64,000 bases of DNA from contig JASMDM010000003.1 in the NCBI GenBank assembly GCA_030752795.1, positions 10,832 to 74,831 of the forward strand, written 5' to 3'. Every line of letters begins with the position of its first letter. The stretch's first letter is position 1. This DNA is from SAR202 cluster bacterium (GTDB taxonomy: Bacteria > Chloroflexota > Dehalococcoidia > Lucifugimonadales > UBA1123). The position numbers and the translations under genes are program-made. Under the pieces are notes generated by a model, which was given only the letters and a program-made list of their open reading frames with translations, made no database searches and had not been told where the DNA came from. Of the stretch, positions 59,201 through 64,000 are shown piece by piece.

Positions 59201-60199
59201 CTAACTCGTGTAGGCAGGGCTCAGCGACCTGATGTTCGCTTCAGGGGCTTCGTGCGAGTACGTGCAGCCGGGTCCCAGCATCCAACGACTGTCGCTCATG
59301 TCTCGGCGTACTCGCGCAACTTCTCTCTCCACGTCGGCAGGCGAACCGTTCACCAGCGCGTCCTTGTGGGAGATCCCACCGATCACCGGTATGTCCGCCG
59401 ATCGTTCACCTTCATCTAACCAGACGTTCGTCCCATCCTGCGTGTCCCAATTCAGCGCCGCAACGGGATAGTCGGACAGCGTCGACAGCATATTGTTCGA
59501 GCCGCAAACGTGAAGGACGTTGAATTCGGCTTCGGGCAACGCCTCGAGCAGGCGAAGATCGTACGGACGGCCGAATTCGGCGTACTGTTCGTCGGTCATC
59601 CGGTCGTAGCTACCCCATCGAGTGGTGGCAAAGAAGATGCCGCTGGCGCCGATGGACAGGCATTCGGTGGCGAACCTGGTGTATGTTTCGGTCACGATAT
59701 CCAACACCCGATGCGCCTTCGCGGGGTCACGCTTCAGATGCTCCGTCATGGCGTCTTCGGATTCGGTCAGCCGGCCGACAATCGATAGCGGCGAAAAGAT
59801 CGTCATCAGAAACGGGACTTCGCCATCCAGGCCATTGGCGATCAGACGTAACGACTCGAGGTGTTCGCCGAGCACGCCCCGGCCTACGTCAAGGGGCTCG
59901 ATGGCGTCCCAGTCTTCGGGACGCTTCACGGGCCGGTCCACGATCACCGAATCAACCGCGTCAGAATCGGAAAACCGCACGTCTACGCCCCAATCCTCGT
60001 TGTGGTAGGTCGCCCTGGGGTTGACCTTCATGAAGTCCCAGTCGTACTCGCGCTGGAATGCCAGCATCGCGCCTGCCAAGTCCGCGGCAGAGTTCTCCTG
60101 GCCGAAGAAGTGTCTCCACATGCTCACCGGCGGTCGATCGACTGCCGCGCCCGACAGCGCCGCTCGCACACGATCCCAATGCGTCATCCGATCGGCCAT
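59201..60199 (-). CDS. Uroporphyrinogen decarboxylase / methyltransferase (URO-D) family protein
   Basis: DRPPVSMWRHF, MTIFSP, GASGIFFA, LHVCG, LGPGC. Confidence 0.85.
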   Translation of the reverse strand: MADRMTHWDRVRAALSGAAVDRPPVSMWRHFFGQENSAADLAGAMLAFQREYDWDFMKVNPRATYHNEDWGVDVRFSDSDAVDSVIVDRPVKRPEDWDAIEPLDVGRGVLGEHLESLRLIANGLDGEVPFLMTIFSPLSIVGRLTESEDAMTEHLKRDPAKAHRVLDIVTETYTRFATECLSIGASGIFFATTRWGSYDRMTDEQYAEFGRPYDLRLLEALPEAEFNVLHVCGSNNMLSTLSDYPVAALNWDTQDGTNVWLDEGERSADIPVIGGISHKDALVNGSPADVEREVARVRRDMSDSRWMLGPGCTYSHEAPEANIRSLSPAYTS

Positions 60200-60277
60200 A
60201 GCGACCCTCCTTATGCTCACGGCGATGATACGCCGTCGATGCCGTGAAGCGAAGATTGTCGTCGCTTCAACAGTCGA

Positions 60278-61495
60278 TTACACGTTCATCTCCAGGACGT
60301 AAAGCCCGCCCTTAAACCGGTCGATAGCGTACACCAGGCCGTTTTCGTCGACGTAGACGTCGTTGACGTTGACGCCCTTCTCCTGATCCGGAACCTCGGG
60401 GATGAAATAGGCCACCTCTTCAGGGCGGAACGGGTCGCTGATGTCGTGGACCCGAACGCCGGCGTTGAAGTATGAGCCAACGATCAGCGTCTCGGACGAC
60501 CACGATGTCGGAACCGGCTGGTTCTCGTGAATGTTGTGTGCGCCGAAACGTCCTGGCCGCGCGCCGAAATCTTCGACGGGCGGGAGAGGGAGTGTGCTGA
60601 TTATTACGGGGTTCGTCTCTTCTCTGATGTCCATGATCCAGACCAATTTCGGATGGTCGGACAGGTCATCGGTGACAGACTCGTCCGTCACGATCATGAG
60701 CTCGCGTTCGAACAACGGTATCGCGGTGTGGGTGAAGCCAGGAAACGGCGGGTGATAGTCGACTCGGCTGACCATCTTGGGGTGGGCCTTATCGGCGATG
60801 TCGAGGATGATCGCGCCGGCGTCGAGATAACCCAGATACGCCCGGTCGGGACGCTGCGGATAGATGTTGGCATTGTGGATTCTGAATCCAGCATCGACGG
60901 TCGTGTGTCGAACGGGCGCCTCTTCAACATCGTCAACGCCGGTTCCGGGAAGCCACCAACGGCCGGCCTCGACCGGATGCGACGGGTTTCTCACATCGAC
61001 GATCATGTGGAACTGATCGTCTTTCTGGTTTCTGGGCGTAAAGTCGTCGGCGCCGGTGCTGACGTGCGCGTACTCGCCGTCGACGAACCACAAACAGTGA
61101 GCGCCACGCGAATACGGACCGCTGGTGTCGAAATGGGAGGCCTCGCGAGGATTCTCAGGATCGGCGATGTCGTAGACGCAGAATCCAGCGGGCTTCAATC
61201 CGGGGCGCGAGGTCTGATACGCCACCAACAGAAGATCGTCGAACACCGCAAGGGAGTTGGATCGCACGTCGGCGTGTGGAAGCTCGGTTTGTATCACGGT
61301 CTTGGGGTTCCTGGGATCGGTGACATCAACGGCAGTGTAGTCTTTCGGGCCGCTTTCGTGAGCGATGTAGATCACCCGGCGTCCGTCCTTGGTTGCCTGG
61401 AGGCCGATCCCTTCGCCACCGTTGCCGAATCCATCGAGGTCGTGCTGGGACAGGAGCGTCATGTTCTTAGCTTGCGCCGATCCGTCAGTCATCAT
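60278..61495 (-). CDS. LVIVD-repeat beta-propeller protein
   Basis: Repeats VDVTDPRNP, YDIADPENP, VDVRNPSHP, LDIADKAHP, MDIREETNP, HDISDPFRP; FGAHN. Confidence 0.85.
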   Translation of the reverse strand: MMTDGSAQAKNMTLLSQHDLDGFGNGGEGIGLQATKDGRRVIYIAHESGPKDYTAVDVTDPRNPKTVIQTELPHADVRSNSLAVFDDLLLVAYQTSRPGLKPAGFCVYDIADPENPREASHFDTSGPYSRGAHCLWFVDGEYAHVSTGADDFTPRNQKDDQFHMIVDVRNPSHPVEAGRWWLPGTGVDDVEEAPVRHTTVDAGFRIHNANIYPQRPDRAYLGYLDAGAIILDIADKAHPKMVSRVDYHPPFPGFTHTAIPLFERELMIVTDESVTDDLSDHPKLVWIMDIREETNPVIISTLPLPPVEDFGARPGRFGAHNIHENQPVPTSWSSETLIVGSYFNAGVRVHDISDPFRPEEVAYFIPEVPDQEKGVNVNDVYVDENGLVYAIDRFKGGLYVLEMNV

Positions 61496-61688
61496 GTTAC
61501 GCCTCCGCGTATCCTGGGGTTGGTTCAGCGACTATTGTAGTCGTTTGATTGACGTGGCGCCCGCTCTAGGCCAGGATTCGAGTTGGAACGAACCGGGATG
61601 TTCGGGTTCGGGGAGCAGGATTCGTAGGCCCGGCGTTCAGGGTTGGCCCGTTTCGGATCGGTTCGAAGACAAGGGATTGACGTCGGTG

Positions 61689-61714
61689 TGGTTCGACAGG
61701 CTCACCACGAACGG
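61689..61714. repeat. REP-like element, copy B (inverted relative to 37993-38018)
   Basis: tggttcgacaggctcaccacgaacgg. Confidence 0.75.
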
Positions 61715-61844
61715 ACGAGTCGAGCTTCTATTCGTGCCATTAGATCGCGCCAACAGCCTAGCCGGGGCGGTCAGGGTGGCAGGGTGATGACGAGGGGTTG
61801 CCGTGAAGCGTCTGCACTGCTGAGGTCGTGCCGGATTCGGCTTC

Positions 61845-62543
61845 CTAATACGCGAGTGCGCTCAGATCGAAGGGAACCATCGATGCCTTGTTGAGTAGCT
61901 GCAAGCCTTTGAGGGTGTCGCTTGCGATCTTTGCCTTGTCCGATACTCGAAGCCGTCGCTTGAACAGCCAATATGTAAATTCTTTGAGTCCGGTCAAGGT
62001 CATCGGGTCGTCTTCGCCGATGCCGTTGGCGACCTGATATTCGGCCAGCAGTTGGCTTTCAGTCGATCGGTAGATGCGGAAATAAGCCTCTTCGGCGTGG
62101 TCGATGCCGTAACGTCGTCCGTTGGCGTAGTGGCGTTTTTCGATCTCGCTTTCGACGGTCTGTTGTAGTGCAGTCTCCACCTCAACACCGTAGAAGTAGT
62201 TCAAGTGGCCGCGATGTTTGTCACCACCGAGGAGCTCTTCGAATTCTTCATCGCCGAACGGCGCGGGGAAACGGCCAGTGAACAGCATCTCTTCGATGTC
62301 TTCGCGCGGGATGAGGTCTTCGACTTCGCAGCTCAACCGGCTTGCCAAGGCCAGCCAATCGAATGCTTCGCCGCCGATGAAGTAGTCATAGCGTTGGCCA
62401 TCGAACTCCTCTTGCGGTTGAGTCCACAACGCCATCGTCTCGACAAAGGCCGTGGGCCAATCCTTGCCGTCACGAAGGGCCGCACGCAGCCGTTCAATGG
62501 CTTCGGGCACCCCAGTTCCCTGAATAGCCCCGCCTTCAATCAT
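61845..62543 (-). CDS. Conserved hypothetical protein
   Basis: 232 aa; IGGEAFDWL, HLNYFYGVEVE, KEFTYWLFKRR, ASDT; overlaps the end of polX by 8 nt. Confidence 0.7.
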   Translation of the reverse strand: MIEGGAIQGTGVPEAIERLRAALRDGKDWPTAFVETMALWTQPQEEFDGQRYDYFIGGEAFDWLALASRLSCEVEDLIPREDIEEMLFTGRFPAPFGDEEFEELLGGDKHRGHLNYFYGVEVETALQQTVESEIEKRHYANGRRYGIDHAEEAYFRIYRSTESQLLAEYQVANGIGEDDPMTLTGLKEFTYWLFKRRLRVSDKAKIASDTLKGLQLLNKASMVPFDLSALAY

Positions 62544-64000
62544 GACCAGATGATGACACGATTCTGCTGCGCTTGTCCAGTTTCAGCCAGAAAATGAACT
62601 TGTCCGCCGGCATCGTGTTCAGGATGTCGTCGACGCGACAAAGTCCTCTGCGCGCAACTTTGACACCGTACTCCAGATTGCCCAGTGACTCCGTCGTGTG
62701 GGCGTCGGTCGTGATGACCAACATCGCGCCCAGTTTCCGAGCTCGCTCGACGCGCGCGTCCTTGAGGTCCAGTCGCTCCAGCGAGCCGTTGATCTCCAGC
62801 GCGGTGCCGGTTTCGGCCGCAGCCCGGAAGATCGCATCGTAGTCGGCTTCGATGGGTTTGCGTTCACCGATCAGTCGGGTGCTCAGGTGACCGATCGCCG
62901 AGACGTGGGGGTTGTTCATCGCCGTTATGATTCGCTCGGTCATCACCGACGATTCCTGTCCCATGGCCGAGTGTATCGACGCGACGACCCAATCGAGCTC
63001 ACGCAACAGATCGTCCGAGTAGTCCACCGATCCGTCGGCGCGAATGTCCATCTCAGTTCCTCGCAACACTTTGATTCCGCCGACTTCGCGTTCGACTTCC
63101 TTCACAGCCGCCATATGCGCCAATAGCCGCTCCAGGCTCAGTCCGTTCGCGATGCCTCTGCCCGACGAGTGGTCGGTGATCGCGATGTACTCAAGCCCGC
63201 GGCCTTTGGCCTCGCGGACCATTGCCGCCATCTCGTCGCGTCCGTCGCTCCAGTCCGTGTGGGCGTGCAGATCGCTTTTGACGTCTTCCAGGGTGACCAA
63301 CTTCGAGAGGTCTCCGGAAACAGCCTGTGTGATCTCGTTTCCACCCAGTCGTTCTTCGGGGCGAATAAATGGCATCTCAAGTCGATCATACAAGGATTCT
63401 TCGCCAGCAAAGGTCTCCAGTACGCCCGTTGATATGTCGGCCAGGCCACGTTCCGACAACTCAAAGCCCTGTTCCGCTGCCCGTTGGCCGAGCAGTTGAA
63501 CGTGGCCCGAGTTCCCGATGAGGTACAGGATCGCAGCGCCCTGGGTTGCGGGGTCGACCACGTGGATCGTCACGCGCACACCGGATTCGAACTCGATCGT
63601 CGATTCGGAATCTCGCGTGACGAGGAGAGCGGCAAAGCCGGGAAGTGAACTCGCGGCGCCAAGCACCGATTTAGGCTTCGAGGTGACGCACGCCAGGACG
63701 ATCTCTTCGACCTCTTCGTCGAACCGGCTGACCCCGCCGCACGGAATCACTCTGTCGACTTCAGAGCAGCGCTCCAAGATCGCTGCCGTCAACTGCCTGG
63801 TCACCGCAAGCGCCCTGGATATCGGCAGGCGATTGCTTTTGGATCGTGAGAACTGCACCGCCCGCAGGATGTTGTCTGCGCTCTTGCGGCCCATCCTCGG
63901 CAGTGCGGCCAGCGCACCGGTCTCGATTGCCGCTTCGAGCTGGTCGAGATCGGTGACGCCCAATTCTTTCCACACACGCAACGTGGTTTTTAGGCCGAGA
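62536..64000 (-). CDS. polX: Family X DNA polymerase / PHP exonuclease, non-canonical; 5' end outside the window
   Basis: HhH motifs (LGLKT, LPRMGRKSA) and intact PHP motifs DLHAHTDWSDG, ITDHS, E, IH, GH, TDAH; polymerase aspartates replaced. Confidence 0.9.
   Translation of the reverse strand, partial: LGLKTTLRVWKELGVTDLDQLEAAIETGALAALPRMGRKSADNILRAVQFSRSKSNRLPISRALAVTRQLTAAILERCSEVDRVIPCGGVSRFDEEVEEIVLACVTSKPKSVLGAASSLPGFAALLVTRDSESTIEFESGVRVTIHVVDPATQGAAILYLIGNSGHVQLLGQRAAEQGFELSERGLADISTGVLETFAGEESLYDRLEMPFIRPEERLGGNEITQAVSGDLSKLVTLEDVKSDLHAHTDWSDGRDEMAAMVREAKGRGLEYIAITDHSSGRGIANGLSLERLLAHMAAVKEVEREVGGIKVLRGTEMDIRADGSVDYSDDLLRELDWVVASIHSAMGQESSVMTERIITAMNNPHVSAIGHLSTRLIGERKPIEADYDAIFRAAAETGTALEINGSLERLDLKDARVERARKLGAMLVITTDAHTTESLGNLEYGVKVARRGLCRVDDILNTMPADKFIFWLKLDKRSRIVSSSGHD

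Noticed and set aside
59201-60199. Assigning the symbol hemE
   Set aside because: It lacks the canonical WxMRQAGR motif and heme-pathway context

Overview
GC-rich (about 60% by eye) bacterial chromosome segment with about 50 CDS. I found no rRNA, tRNA, CRISPR array, transposase or phage genes. The gene content suggests Chloroflexota, Dehalococcoidia/SAR202-like; this is inferred from gene content (cofE, LLM oxidoreductase, multiple crotonase and family III CoA-transferase paralogs, family-5 ABC binding lipoproteins with long Ala/Pro stalks), not from a marker gene. The left part is a catabolic and transport region: a CoA-transferase pair plus three tandem enoyl-CoA hydratase paralogs, transcribed divergently from an Opp/Dpp-type ABC operon, with a second ABC operon behind a possible ~600-nt leader. 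The right part is mixed housekeeping (thiL, pncB, prs, cofE, PolX). The main hidden signal is two in-frame UGA codons that the ORF track treats as stops. Each sits where the family has a conserved Cys/Sec, and each is followed by a bacterial SECIS-like hairpin. One is in an iodothyronine-deiodinase-like protein (FGAIT-U-PPY, 22998-23582, minus strand). The other is in a YccU-type CoA-binding protein (VVMDN-U-TLRVH, 38439-38852), a candidate little-recognised selenoprotein family. Other notable items are a non-canonical PolX lacking the catalytic aspartates, a back-to-back fdhF/MCP pseudogene scar next to an orphan cheW, two single-base frameshifts, and several REP-like repeat families.
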